Shown: one piece after another, positions 19,035-28,514 of the stretch
Numbering within the stretch: position 1 is the stretch's first letter
Layout of the letters: every line of letters begins with the position of its first letter
Assembly (NCBI GenBank): GCA_964545075.1
Contig: CAZJFS010000005.1
Coordinates: 2,319 to 66,318, forward strand
Reading direction: 5' to 3'
DNA: 64,000 nt
Source of the DNA: an uncultured bacterium
GTDB lineage: Bacteria > Muiribacteriota > UBA9980
The notes under the pieces: model-generated
What the model saw: only the letters and a program-made list of their open reading frames with translations
Databases searched by the model: none
Told to the model about the DNA's origin: nothing
Made by a program: the position numbers and the translations under genes

Positions 19035-21542
19035 TTAGTCTTCCTTGAGCATTGCAAGTTCTTTTTTCGTGCGATCTCTCATCGTTATCGCGCCGCTGAA
19101 GCATTTTTGAGAGCATATGCTGCATCCTATGCACTTTTCCGGATCCGTGACCGGATAGCCGTCTTTATCTTGCGTGATGGCCATATACGGGCAGCGGGTG
19201 CAGTTTCCGCATTTGAGGCACGTATCGTGATCGCTGCATGATATTTTCTTGGTGGGCGTCAATGACATGAAATCGGTTACGGGGTTTGGAAGAGCGGCGC
19301 CTACGAGATCTTTTACGGATTTGATTCCGCGTTCGAGCATGAGGTGCGAAAGGCCCGACGCGAGTTCTTTATAAACGCCCACGCCGTGTTTCATGGCTAT
19401 CGTGCAGAACTGTACCGTCTTCGCGCCCAGAGCGAGGAAATGGGCCGCCGCTTTATAGTTCATCGGTCCGCCGTTTCCGGAGACCGTGATGCCGAGTTTC
19501 GAGACGTTCGCGAGCGAAAGGTTCGATATAGGAGTCACTCCTTCGCCGCTCATGCCGACGACTATGGCTTCTTCCCAGTTCTTTTTGTTTCCTTTCCTGA
19601 ACATGAGGGTCGGGAACGTGTTGGCGAGCGTTACGCCCGCGGCTTTTTTCGGATATTTATCGAGGACTTTTTTGATCGCCATCATTATCGGATGAAGAGA
19701 CGTTACGGCTGCCGTGAGTTTAAAGAGTTTCGGTATCTTCGGGTTTGAAATTTCCATTATCCAGTCGATTATTTTAGCCGTGAGCGCAGCGTTCTGAGAT
19801 ACTATGTCGCCTTCGGTTCCGTCGCCGCCCTGCGGGCAGGAAAGGCTGTATTCGATGCCCATTACGCCGGCATCTTCGAGCTTTTTAGTGTTCGACTGCC
19901 AGCCGGCTTTGTCGCTCTTGTCGTTTCCCGTGACCGGTCCGCCCGTCGAAGCCATGGTGAGCTTGGTCGGGTATTCTTTGACGAGGCGTTTGATTTCCTT
20001 GCATACCCTTGAAAGCGAGTGGCCCGATACGTTGTCGCAGTTGGCGTACGTGTTCGGGGTTACCGCGAACATGTATTGCGAAGGAATGTGTATCTGCACG
20101 CCGTCGAAGGAGGTTTTCATTATGCCGCCGGCCCAGCCAGCTTCATAAGCTTTTACCATCTGATCGTATCCGTCCGAGGGCGGAGCCGCCGAGAGGATGA
20201 ACGGCGATTCGATTTTTCTGCCGAAAAAGTCGTATTCGAGAGAGACGGGAAGCGGGTTCCAGCCGGGAAGCCCGACGCGGCTCTTAACCATTTTTTCGAT
20301 CTTCGTTATTTTTTTGCCGCTTAAATATTCGTCCATCTGAATGGCGGTGTTTTTGCCGGCGGCTACCGCTTCGACGACGGTCGTCGGGCCGTTAACGCAG
20401 TCGCCCGCGTAGAATATTTTCGGATTTTCAATTTTATTAAGACCCGATCGGTTTCCGATGGCCATGATGACCTGATCGAAATACATTCTGTCCTGGTCGG
20501 TGCCTTTTATTTCTTCGATGTCCTTCAGGCTGAATTTTTTGCCGTTCAATTTAACTTTAGCGGTTATAATGCCCGTGACTTTTTTTCCTTTTACGGTGAT
20601 CTCTTTAATTTTTATTCTGCCGTTAACGTCAACTCCGCTGTGAGCGAGCTCAAGAAGCTCTTTCTGCGTGAGAGGCATTTCGCTTAACGTTTCAAGCGCG
20701 TACATTTCGACCATTTTCGCGCCGTTATTTTTCGCGGTTACCGCGCAATCCCAGGCTACGGCTCCGCCGCCTATTATGGCTACGTTGCCCTTGCACGCGA
20801 ATTTTTTCGGGTCCATGAGGTATTCGAGAGAGTAAACGGCCGCTTCCTCGCCTTTTACTCCGAGTTTGATGGGATTCCAGAGGCCGGTCGCCACGCATAC
20901 GGCGTCGAATTTTTTAAGAAGGTCATCGGGTTTTTCGATGTATTTATTTTTAACGACTTCGATATCGCCGCATTTTAACAAAAATTCGATATCGCTTTTC
21001 AATATTTTCTTGTCGAGACGGTATTCGGGAATCGTGTTGCAGGCTCCGCCGGTTAAATTTTCCGCTTCGAATACGGTGACTTTATATCCTTTCTGAGCCA
21101 GCATAGCGGCCGTTCCGAGTCCAGCCGGGCCGGCGCCTACGACGGCGACTTTTTTGCCGTTCGATTTTGCTTTTTTGAATGTGGGCATAACTTTAAGCTT
21201 TTTTGCCCTTTCGATCACGGTTGCCTGAAGCGACGGGATCTCTATGGCTTTATCGAATCCGAGGTGTACGCATTTAGCCATGCAGTGCTTATCCGGACAT
21301 ACCGCGCCGCAAATTCCGCCGAGCGGGTTGAAGCTCATTATTTCGCCGGCTGCGCGCATAAAATCCTTGTCGGATTTAAGCCTTGCGGCCATTATGAAAT
21401 CGGCGGGCGAACAATCTGCGGGGCAACCTTGTTTGCAGGGCTTATCCTCGCAGTATTCGCAGCGTAAAAATTCGGCCTCAAGCTGTGCGTCGGTAAGATG
21501 GGGATTGTTTGTGTACATAGAACAAATACTCCTTAACTTCAT
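19035..21542 (-). CDS. Dihydropyrimidine-dehydrogenase-like Fe-S flavoprotein (fused PreT/PreA or YgfK-like architecture).
   Basis: N-terminal Fe-S Cys clusters are followed by FAD (VAVVGAGPAGL) and NADPH (VAIIGGGAVA) folds. A DHOD-like FMN barrel follows. The C-terminus has 2x 4Fe-4S motifs (CLKCGNCTRCP and CIGCSICSQKC). Confidence 0.75.
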   Translation of the reverse strand: MKLRSICSMYTNNPHLTDAQLEAEFLRCEYCEDKPCKQGCPADCSPADFIMAARLKSDKDFMRAAGEIMSFNPLGGICGAVCPDKHCMAKCVHLGFDKAIEIPSLQATVIERAKKLKVMPTFKKAKSNGKKVAVVGAGPAGLGTAAMLAQKGYKVTVFEAENLTGGACNTIPEYRLDKKILKSDIEFLLKCGDIEVVKNKYIEKPDDLLKKFDAVCVATGLWNPIKLGVKGEEAAVYSLEYLMDPKKFACKGNVAIIGGGAVAWDCAVTAKNNGAKMVEMYALETLSEMPLTQKELLELAHSGVDVNGRIKIKEITVKGKKVTGIITAKVKLNGKKFSLKDIEEIKGTDQDRMYFDQVIMAIGNRSGLNKIENPKIFYAGDCVNGPTTVVEAVAAGKNTAIQMDEYLSGKKITKIEKMVKSRVGLPGWNPLPVSLEYDFFGRKIESPFILSAAPPSDGYDQMVKAYEAGWAGGIMKTSFDGVQIHIPSQYMFAVTPNTYANCDNVSGHSLSRVCKEIKRLVKEYPTKLTMASTGGPVTGNDKSDKAGWQSNTKKLEDAGVMGIEYSLSCPQGGDGTEGDIVSQNAALTAKIIDWIMEISNPKIPKLFKLTAAVTSLHPIMMAIKKVLDKYPKKAAGVTLANTFPTLMFRKGNKKNWEEAIVVGMSGEGVTPISNLSLANVSKLGITVSGNGGPMNYKAAAHFLALGAKTVQFCTIAMKHGVGVYKELASGLSHLMLERGIKSVKDLVGAALPNPVTDFMSLTPTKKISCSDHDTCLKCGNCTRCPYMAITQDKDGYPVTDPEKCIGCSICSQKCFSGAITMRDRTKKELAMLKED

Positions 21543-21607
21543 AGTTTTTTGTTTTTTGATTTTTTAAAAAAATAATAGTGGACCAATTTAATACAAGTAG
21601 TTTATGT

Positions 21608-21637
21608 ATTATACCACTACCATGTACCGCAAGTCAA
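21608..21637 (-). promoter_or_regulatory. Sigma70-type promoter (TTGACT, 18 nt, TATAAT on the minus strand) for the DPD-like gene.
   Basis: The reverse complement reads TTGACT tgcggtacatggtagtgg TATAAT. Confidence 0.45.
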
Positions 21638-21724
21638 AAAAATATTTAACTTTTTTTTAAGAAAAAAAGAATCGTGAAAGATGAGACGATGACGACGTAA
21701 AACCAGGATATAAGTGGAAATTGA

Positions 21725-22474
21725 TCATTTTGAATTCATGAGATCTATATTCGAAAAATAATTTTTTAATTTTTCGATGTTTTCAAACAGGTCGTTGAGT
21801 TCTTTATAAATTTCTCCGACCTCGCCTCCCTGCGCCGAAAAATTTTTGGACATGGCTAGGTTGGCGATCTTGAGCTTCACTATGTCGAAATAATTGCTTG
21901 CGCGGCCGACCTCCATATCTATCATTTTTATGACTTTATAGCCATGCTGATAGGTTTGCAGGGCCTCTTCGAGCATCATTAGATTTTTCTGATATTCGTT
22001 TTTAAGCTCGGAATCCTTTTCGGACGTGATCTTGAATTTATATTCGTCGGCCTGCCGTTTTAATTTATCATAATCGACGGAAAGGATCTGTTGTTCTATT
22101 TGCGAGCCTTTCCGGCAGAGGTTAAGAAGTTCGTCGTATAATCGCTGAAATTTTTTATCCAGTTCGTCGACGACCTGTTTGATGGCGCCGTCATGAGAGA
22201 AAGCTTCTTTTATTGCCTCGATTTTTTTAAGCGTTTCAACCATTATGCGAGAATACCTGAGCGAGAGGCCGTCGATCCTGAGGTCGGCTTCTTCGCCGTT
22301 CGACGCCGGACGTGAAACGAATATTTTCAGTTTGTTTCTCAGAAAGAAAAAATAAAACAGGGAAGCGGCGCCGAAAAGGATTAGCGCCGGGACTATGAGC
22401 GCTATCATAAAACGCACGAGTATGAGAATGATCGCGAATGTAAGGATCGTAAAAAGAATTATGTTAATGTCCAT
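21725..22474 (-). CDS. Hypothetical membrane protein with a C-terminal coiled coil.
   Basis: Two N-terminal TM helices are followed by a long charged helical region. No family was recognised. Confidence 0.45.
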   Translation of the reverse strand: MDINIILFTILTFAIILILVRFMIALIVPALILFGAASLFYFFFLRNKLKIFVSRPASNGEEADLRIDGLSLRYSRIMVETLKKIEAIKEAFSHDGAIKQVVDELDKKFQRLYDELLNLCRKGSQIEQQILSVDYDKLKRQADEYKFKITSEKDSELKNEYQKNLMMLEEALQTYQHGYKVIKMIDMEVGRASNYFDIVKLKIANLAMSKNFSAQGGEVGEIYKELNDLFENIEKLKNYFSNIDLMNSK

Positions 22475-22532
22475 CGGCTACCTCACTTTTTTTATTTTAA
22501 AATATTATATCAAATTTCAGCGCGATATTCAA

Positions 22533-22559
22533 TTCATATAAAACGGATATTTATATGAA
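22533..22559. promoter_or_regulatory. Perfect 10-bp inverted repeat TTCATATAAA-N7-TTTATATGAA in a divergent promoter region.
   Basis: Read directly. It is followed by TTGACA, 17 nt, TAGAAT. Confidence 0.4.
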
Positions 22560-22619
22560 TTAATGGATCGTTAAAATATTATTTGTTGACATTTAATTGA
22601 TAATTTTAGTAGAATTAAT

Positions 22620-23471
22620 ATGAATGTGCTTTGTAATTATTCCCAATGGCGCAGGCATACGAGGAGGCAATACTTGGTTTCAATTAAGAACAAGTCATTG
22701 AAAATAGCCGCTTTCGGCGTGATATGTTTTTTATTCCTTAACTTTTTAGTTTTAAACGCTTTCGCTTCGGAAACATCCACGGTTGAGATCGAAAAAAAGG
22801 CGGCGGATAACATGAAATCCATAAAAATAAAATGGTTCGGGCATGCCATGTTTTTACTCGAACTAAATGACGCGAAAATATTGATAGACCCTTTTTCCGA
22901 TATCGGCTATCCGATGCCTAAAGATCCGGTCCGATGCGACGCATGCGTCGTTTCGCACGGCCATGCCGACCACAACAATACAAATCTCGCCGCCGGCGCG
23001 TATGCGTTGAAAAATTCGGAAGGCGCTTCAAATATTCACGGGATCAACATCCGTCAGATAAAAACCTTTCACGACAAAAAAAACGGAAAGGACCGCGGAC
23101 CGAACCTTATAAGCATATTCGAATACGATAATTTTCGTTTGGCTCATATGGGCGATATCGGAACTCTTTTAAGCGATGAAGAAATCAAAAAGATCGGCAG
23201 GATCGACGCGATAATGATACCGGTCGGCGGCTACTATACGGTTGACGCGTTTGACGCGTGGGAGATAATCAGGCGCCTTTCGCCCAGAATAATAATTCCG
23301 ATGCATTATAAGACGCCGCGGCTCGACCCTAAAAATCCAATAGACACCGTTGATAAGTTCATAGCCGGGCGTTCGAATCTGACGAAGCTTTCAGGCTCGA
23401 CTTATGAGATCGATATTTCAAGCATTCCGAAAGAAGAAACGATAGTTTTATTTTCGCCGCCATCCGAATAA
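22620..23471 (+). CDS. MBL-fold metallo-hydrolase, probably secreted.
   Basis: The HGHADH motif is present. A likelier start is TTG at 22675 after GAGGAGG. That start yields a signal peptide. Confidence 0.65.
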   Translation: MNVLCNYSQWRRHTRRQYLVSIKNKSLKIAAFGVICFLFLNFLVLNAFASETSTVEIEKKAADNMKSIKIKWFGHAMFLLELNDAKILIDPFSDIGYPMPKDPVRCDACVVSHGHADHNNTNLAAGAYALKNSEGASNIHGINIRQIKTFHDKKNGKDRGPNLISIFEYDNFRLAHMGDIGTLLSDEEIKKIGRIDAIMIPVGGYYTVDAFDAWEIIRRLSPRIIIPMHYKTPRLDPKNPIDTVDKFIAGRSNLTKLSGSTYEIDISSIPKEETIVLFSPPSE

Positions 23472-23499
23472 AAATAATGGAAGCCATAAGGAAGTAATA

Positions 23500-24012
23500 A
23501 TGAAGAAGAACTTTGAATTTAAAATAAAAAAAGGTTTTATCGAGGTCATGGTTGTTTTGATACTTGCCGTATCCCTGGCCGTAGGATCGATATATTTTAA
23601 ATATTCGACACAGGCTTTTGACAACACCATAATCCAGGCCCACAGAATAAAGGCGAGAAATCTCGCTTCCGCGGCTTACCAGAAGGCGCTTCTTACAATT
23701 AAACGCCAGTACGCGCTTGGAAACTCGAGCTGGTATTATCCGGAACAGAAGGTGCTTCCGGTCGATCAGTTCGAAAAATCACTTGGAGATGGAAATTACA
23801 AGCTTTTAAGGGTCGAGATAGTTAAAACGCTTAAAACGCCGTATGAAACGATCAACAGGGCCTATCATGGTTCGAAATATATCGTCGGCAACGCCGATTA
23901 CGGAACTTATGACGTATACAGGATAGTTACGGCCGGTGAAGTGCCGTCTTCGGGTACGCGCGTTAAAATGACCTCGATGGTAAAGGTCATTCGCGAAAAA
24001 GTCAGATACTAA
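23500..24012 (+). CDS. Prepilin-like (minor pilin / pseudopilin-like) protein.
   Basis: The N-terminus KKGFIEVMVVLILAVSLAV resembles the class-III signal G/F...E followed by a hydrophobic helix. Confidence 0.45.
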   Translation: MKKNFEFKIKKGFIEVMVVLILAVSLAVGSIYFKYSTQAFDNTIIQAHRIKARNLASAAYQKALLTIKRQYALGNSSWYYPEQKVLPVDQFEKSLGDGNYKLLRVEIVKTLKTPYETINRAYHGSKYIVGNADYGTYDVYRIVTAGEVPSSGTRVKMTSMVKVIREKVRY

Positions 24013-25356
24013 ATGTTTTATCGTCGGGAGGACGCCATGAAAATACTGAATTCGGTTGAAATGATAATAACGGGCTTTTTTATCGCCGCCTCCGTCATGG
24101 CGATGCCGCATAACGCTTATGGCGATGCCGCCGAATACCAGAAAGGGTTTCCTGTTTCGGTTTCGGGCGACGTTCAGAGCCAGATAAAAGTGGCGGATAT
24201 CGATGGCGACGGGAAAAAGGATCTCATAGTCGGCTCCAGCGACGGCATGGTGCATATCATGGGCAATGACGGCCGCGAGAAAAGGTTCGGCCTCTGGCCC
24301 AAACAGACCGGCGGCCCTATAATTTCGCCGGTGGCGATAGGCGACACGAAAAATGACGGTAAATTGAGAATCGTTACAGGAAGCATGGATGGAAAAGTTT
24401 ACTGCATAGACAGGTACGGAAAGACCGAGTGGTCCTATGATACCAAAGGCAGCATAAAACAATCGGCGCCGCAGTTATATGACGCCGCCGGCGACAACAA
24501 ACTCAAGACTTTCATTGGCTCGACCTCGGGGCGCGTCGTCCGCCTGGATGAGGATGGTAACGTCGAATGGCAGACCAATATGGGCGCCGGCGTCATATCG
24601 ACCGTGCGCGTCATGGACATGGATAATAAAAATAAAACGGACGTCGTGGTGCGCGATAAAAACGGCCAGGTTTCAGTGTTTTCCGATGGTCAGATGAAGC
24701 CGGGCTGGCCTCAGACCATAGGCCCGAAAAGCGGCGACTGGGCCTTTGAGTTAAACGCCATGGATATAAACAAGGACGGGCATTCCGAAGTGGTGGGCCA
24801 GACGCCTCTTCCATACACTTTGAAAGTTTACGATTCATCCGGCAACGTCAAGAGCGCGATGCCGCTGCCCGGGAAATCATACGCGCAGGTCCGTATGGCC
24901 GATATCGACAAGGACGGCGAGCTTGACATGGTAATAACATACAATAAGCCCGAAGAGAATGAGGCTTATATCGATATAAGAAATCAGAAGGGCGAATCGC
25001 TTTCGGGCTGGCCTAAAAAAGTCGGAACGTATATGGCCGACGCTCCGCAGGTGGCTGATGTTAACGGAGACGGCGATCCGGAAATAATTTTTACGGCCTG
25101 GACGGATGACGCCCGTGAAAAAGCCGGATACGTTAATGTTTTGAATACGCGAGGCGAACCTATACCGGGGTTTCCGAAATATGTCGGGAAAAGTTACGCG
25201 CCGGTCACCCTTTCTGATATAGACGATGACGGCCACGTTGAACTGATCGTGGCCGGCGGCGTCGCGCTCACGTCTCCCGGAATACATGTTTTCAAAGTTC
25301 CGGCTGCCCCGCCCGTAAAGATAATCTTGCTTGGAAGCCAGTATGAAAACTTTTAA
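24013..25356 (+). CDS. Secreted FG-GAP/VCBS-type beta-propeller repeat protein.
   Basis: Repeated DIDGDGKKDLIVG, DINKDGHSEVVG, DIDKDGELDMVIT, DVNGDGDPEIIFT and DIDDDGHVELIVAG loops are present. A signal peptide follows if the start is the internal M at 24037. Confidence 0.6.
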   Translation: MFYRREDAMKILNSVEMIITGFFIAASVMAMPHNAYGDAAEYQKGFPVSVSGDVQSQIKVADIDGDGKKDLIVGSSDGMVHIMGNDGREKRFGLWPKQTGGPIISPVAIGDTKNDGKLRIVTGSMDGKVYCIDRYGKTEWSYDTKGSIKQSAPQLYDAAGDNKLKTFIGSTSGRVVRLDEDGNVEWQTNMGAGVISTVRVMDMDNKNKTDVVVRDKNGQVSVFSDGQMKPGWPQTIGPKSGDWAFELNAMDINKDGHSEVVGQTPLPYTLKVYDSSGNVKSAMPLPGKSYAQVRMADIDKDGELDMVITYNKPEENEAYIDIRNQKGESLSGWPKKVGTYMADAPQVADVNGDGDPEIIFTAWTDDAREKAGYVNVLNTRGEPIPGFPKYVGKSYAPVTLSDIDDDGHVELIVAGGVALTSPGIHVFKVPAAPPVKIILLGSQYENF

Positions 25357-25385
25357 TTGACAAATAGTTCTATTTTTACTATAAT
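25357..25385 (+). promoter_or_regulatory. Consensus sigma70 promoter TTGACA, 17 nt, TATAAT.
   Basis: Perfect hexamers lie about 60 nt upstream of the hybrid kinase gene. Confidence 0.5.
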
Positions 25386-25447
25386 TGTTTAACTTTAAGA
25401 AGACCTTATTTTACATAAAATTTCACGGACCTGAGGTGGGATAATCA

Positions 25448-26980
25448 ATGACTGAAGTTAAAAACAGGCTCTTATTCGTAGAAGACGTATACATACTAAC
25501 GGAATTTTTGAGAGCCGGCTTTTCCAAAAACAATGAAATTTATGAGATGGTTTCAGTTAAAACGGTATCTGAAGCGGTAATTAAAATGGCGTCTGAAAAT
25601 TTCACCGCGATCATTTTAAGCTCATGCGATAATTCGCTTGACCCTGTTTCAGCATGCGCCGAGATACTTTTAAAAAAAACCGATATGCCCATGATCGTCG
25701 TTTGCGACCCGTCCGGTGAAAAAGCGGCTTCAGATTCGCTGGATGCCGGCGTTGCGTTCTATATCGTCAAGACCGCGAATTATGAAAAACTTTTATTGAA
25801 AGTTCTTAAGCACGTATCCAACGTAAAAAATTACAGTGATTCTCAAAAGAATAACAGTTCCGAGATCGAGCTCATAAAAAAAGAGATAAAAAAAGTCGAT
25901 CACATAAAAAATGAGCTGACTGAAAACCTCTGCCATGAGCTTCGTACGCCGCTATCTTCGATTCGCGGCTATACGGAACTGATACTTAAAGATAAAATGG
26001 GTGAGATAAGCCCGAAACAAAGGAACGCGCTGAACGTGGTCCTTAAAAATGCCGACAAATTACTTGTTTTGATTGATGAACTCTCCGAATTTTCGAAGAT
26101 CCAGCATTACAAGAACAGTTCAAATATAAGAAAGATCGATCTGATCAACGTCATTCAGGAATCCGTCGCCGCGCTCGCTTCGAAATCCATCGAAAAAAAG
26201 GTTTCGGTCGATTTCATGCAACCGGGCAGGGCTTTTTATATCACCGGCGATTATTCGCAGATGTCATATGTGTTTTCAACCCTTATAAGCAGCGCCATAA
26301 AATTCAATGACGAGAACTCAAAAATCGATGTTGGCGTTGAACATACCGATACTGAAATTTCCATAATGATACCTAAGACCGCTATTGTCGCCGAGACTTC
26401 AGATATAAAGACCGTTCTTGAACATTTTTTCGCCAACGAGGTCCCCAGCCAGAGGCAGCTTGCAGGGTTAAGCATGGAATTTGCCATGGCCGCCGAAATA
26501 ATAAGGCTTCACGGCGGAAAGGTGGCCGTGGTCGGGACAGCGTTAAAAGTAACCATTCCTCTTTATCTCGAAGTCGATATCTCTCATCTAAACCAGCCGG
26601 CGAAAACCAGCGGCAGCGGCAAGAAAAAAATACTTATAACGGATGACGACGCCGATTGCGTGAATCTTTTGTCCGATATACTTGAGAACGATTACAATCT
26701 GGTTGTGACAAATTCCGCTTCTTCAATGTTCAAGGCGCTCGACGAGCACAAGGATTTCGCCATGATATTGCTTGATATAAACATGACCGATCTCGACGGT
26801 ATATCGATATGCCGGACTTTAAAAGAAAAACCCGAATATTCGGCTATTCCTATATTGATGGTATCTGCGTCCATGCAGGAATCCAAGAAACGTATGTCGC
26901 TCGAAGCCGGAGCGATGGGCTTTCTGGAAAAGCCTTTCGAGGCAGAAGTGATATCCGAATTCATAAAAAGCGTCATATAA
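25448..26980 (+). CDS. Hybrid sensor histidine kinase / response regulator (REC-like, HisKA, HATPase, REC).
   Basis: The H-box is CHELRTPLSSIRGYTEL. The C-terminal receiver has ILITDDD, LLDINMTDLDG and the MVSA...K motif. Confidence 0.7.
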   Translation: MTEVKNRLLFVEDVYILTEFLRAGFSKNNEIYEMVSVKTVSEAVIKMASENFTAIILSSCDNSLDPVSACAEILLKKTDMPMIVVCDPSGEKAASDSLDAGVAFYIVKTANYEKLLLKVLKHVSNVKNYSDSQKNNSSEIELIKKEIKKVDHIKNELTENLCHELRTPLSSIRGYTELILKDKMGEISPKQRNALNVVLKNADKLLVLIDELSEFSKIQHYKNSSNIRKIDLINVIQESVAALASKSIEKKVSVDFMQPGRAFYITGDYSQMSYVFSTLISSAIKFNDENSKIDVGVEHTDTEISIMIPKTAIVAETSDIKTVLEHFFANEVPSQRQLAGLSMEFAMAAEIIRLHGGKVAVVGTALKVTIPLYLEVDISHLNQPAKTSGSGKKKILITDDDADCVNLLSDILENDYNLVVTNSASSMFKALDEHKDFAMILLDINMTDLDGISICRTLKEKPEYSAIPILMVSASMQESKKRMSLEAGAMGFLEKPFEAEVISEFIKSVI

Positions 26981-27019
26981 AAAGACTCCGGAAAAATCAG
27001 ATAAAAAATGAATCAATAA

Positions 27020-27049
27020 AAAAAAGCGCCGTTAAAAGCGCTTTTTTTA
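27020..27049. terminator. Bidirectional Rho-independent terminator.
   Basis: An A-run, AGCGC-cgttaaaa-GCGCT, then a T-run, between convergent genes. Confidence 0.6.
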
Positions 27050-27071
27050 TTATCCTGAAATCGTCCGTCGA

Positions 27072-28481
27072 TTAAAAGCTTTGATAAAGAATTTCACATA
27101 ATTTCGAAATATTGTTGATGTCGTCGAAACTTTTTTCAAGTGATTTTTCGGCCGGCGTTTTTGACGAAGAGTCGTTGAACTTATCAAGCGTCGCCATGAT
27201 ATATTTCGTTCTTGGGATATTTCTGAGCTCGTAATATTTTTGAAGATTGCGCAGGCAGTTTTTGACGACCTGTTTGGCGGAAATGGGGAAACCGTCTATG
27301 TTTATTATGGTATTTTCATTTTTGTTGAGGGCGAGCGCCAGCCCCATGTCGATGATCTTTAAAAATATCGACTGCCTTTCGCGCAGGCCAAGCTTCGAGG
27401 CGAGCGTCGGCATGGAAAGCATATCGATATATGACATGAATCCCAGTTTTATGGTTTCGTTGAATTTGAGTATGAATGAATTGGCTACGACCGCGCCGGT
27501 GGCGAGATCTTTTTTTCTTAAGAGACCTATGTTTTCCTTCATTTTTAAAACGCAAGAGGGATTCGAGTTCAGAAAGCCTTCGATTTTGAAGTTTCCCTCT
27601 TTCATTTGCTTGAGTATCCGTGAAGCCGGGTATCTAAGATAGTTAAGAATTCCCATCAGCGCGACGGATTTTTTTTCGTACAGGCGGGCCAGGTTTATCT
27701 TGGTGTAAAGGTCCATCGTCGAGGAATTTTTAAGAGTTTCAATGTCGACGTCGGCTTCGTGTTCCACTTTTTTCATGTATTCGATTATTATGGAAAGAAG
27801 GGAAAGGTTATATAGGGAAGAATAGTCGTCGCCAAGATTTTGAGCCAGCGTTTTTATGTCGACGCCCGCTCCAAGCGCGGCTTTCATATCTTCGATCATC
27901 TGCGGAGTTATCGTGGCGTCGAAGTTGATTTCGGATTGTTCGAAAGGCGCTGGATATCCTGAATACGAGGCTGAGAGGGAATATTCTTTTTTCGCCGAGC
28001 CGTCCGGCCACATTACGGTGACTTTGACGGATGCGATGAGATCGGAAAATGACGCGTAATCCGTAATAGGCGAAACCGATATTTTATATTCGTAGCCTTC
28101 GAGTTTTCGCAGATCGAAGCCGCCTTTAAAATCGAAAAATTCCTCGTTTAGCTTGCCGTCGAGGTTGAAATCCTCGAGGGATGTGAAAAACGGAGAGTCG
28201 CGGTCGATCACTTTATAGGTCTTGTCGTAGAATTTAAGTTCAGGAAGATAGAAAGGGTTTTCTCTGATATTGTTGTCGATATCCTCGAGCACCTTGCCGG
28301 CTATGAACATAGCGACGTAGTGGCGCATGGACTTTTGAGCTTCATTGGTCCTGGAATTAAAAATCGTGAGAATGAATGAAGCCGAAAAAACGAGTATCGT
28401 TATGGCTATCAAAAGTTCAACATAAGAAAACGCATTTTTTGTAATATTCTTTTTTTTAAGCTTTATAAATAGTTGTGACAT
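27072..28481 (-). CDS. Large prepilin-type N-terminal domain protein (pseudopilin-like).
   Basis: The N-terminus KNAFSYVELLIAITILVF matches the type IV pilin class-III signal with Glu at +5. Confidence 0.55.
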   Translation of the reverse strand: MSQLFIKLKKKNITKNAFSYVELLIAITILVFSASFILTIFNSRTNEAQKSMRHYVAMFIAGKVLEDIDNNIRENPFYLPELKFYDKTYKVIDRDSPFFTSLEDFNLDGKLNEEFFDFKGGFDLRKLEGYEYKISVSPITDYASFSDLIASVKVTVMWPDGSAKKEYSLSASYSGYPAPFEQSEINFDATITPQMIEDMKAALGAGVDIKTLAQNLGDDYSSLYNLSLLSIIIEYMKKVEHEADVDIETLKNSSTMDLYTKINLARLYEKKSVALMGILNYLRYPASRILKQMKEGNFKIEGFLNSNPSCVLKMKENIGLLRKKDLATGAVVANSFILKFNETIKLGFMSYIDMLSMPTLASKLGLRERQSIFLKIIDMGLALALNKNENTIINIDGFPISAKQVVKNCLRNLQKYYELRNIPRTKYIMATLDKFNDSSSKTPAEKSLEKSFDDINNISKLCEILYQSF

Positions 28482-28514
28482 AATCGTTATGGTTGTTCCG
28501 GTCCCTGAAAATTT

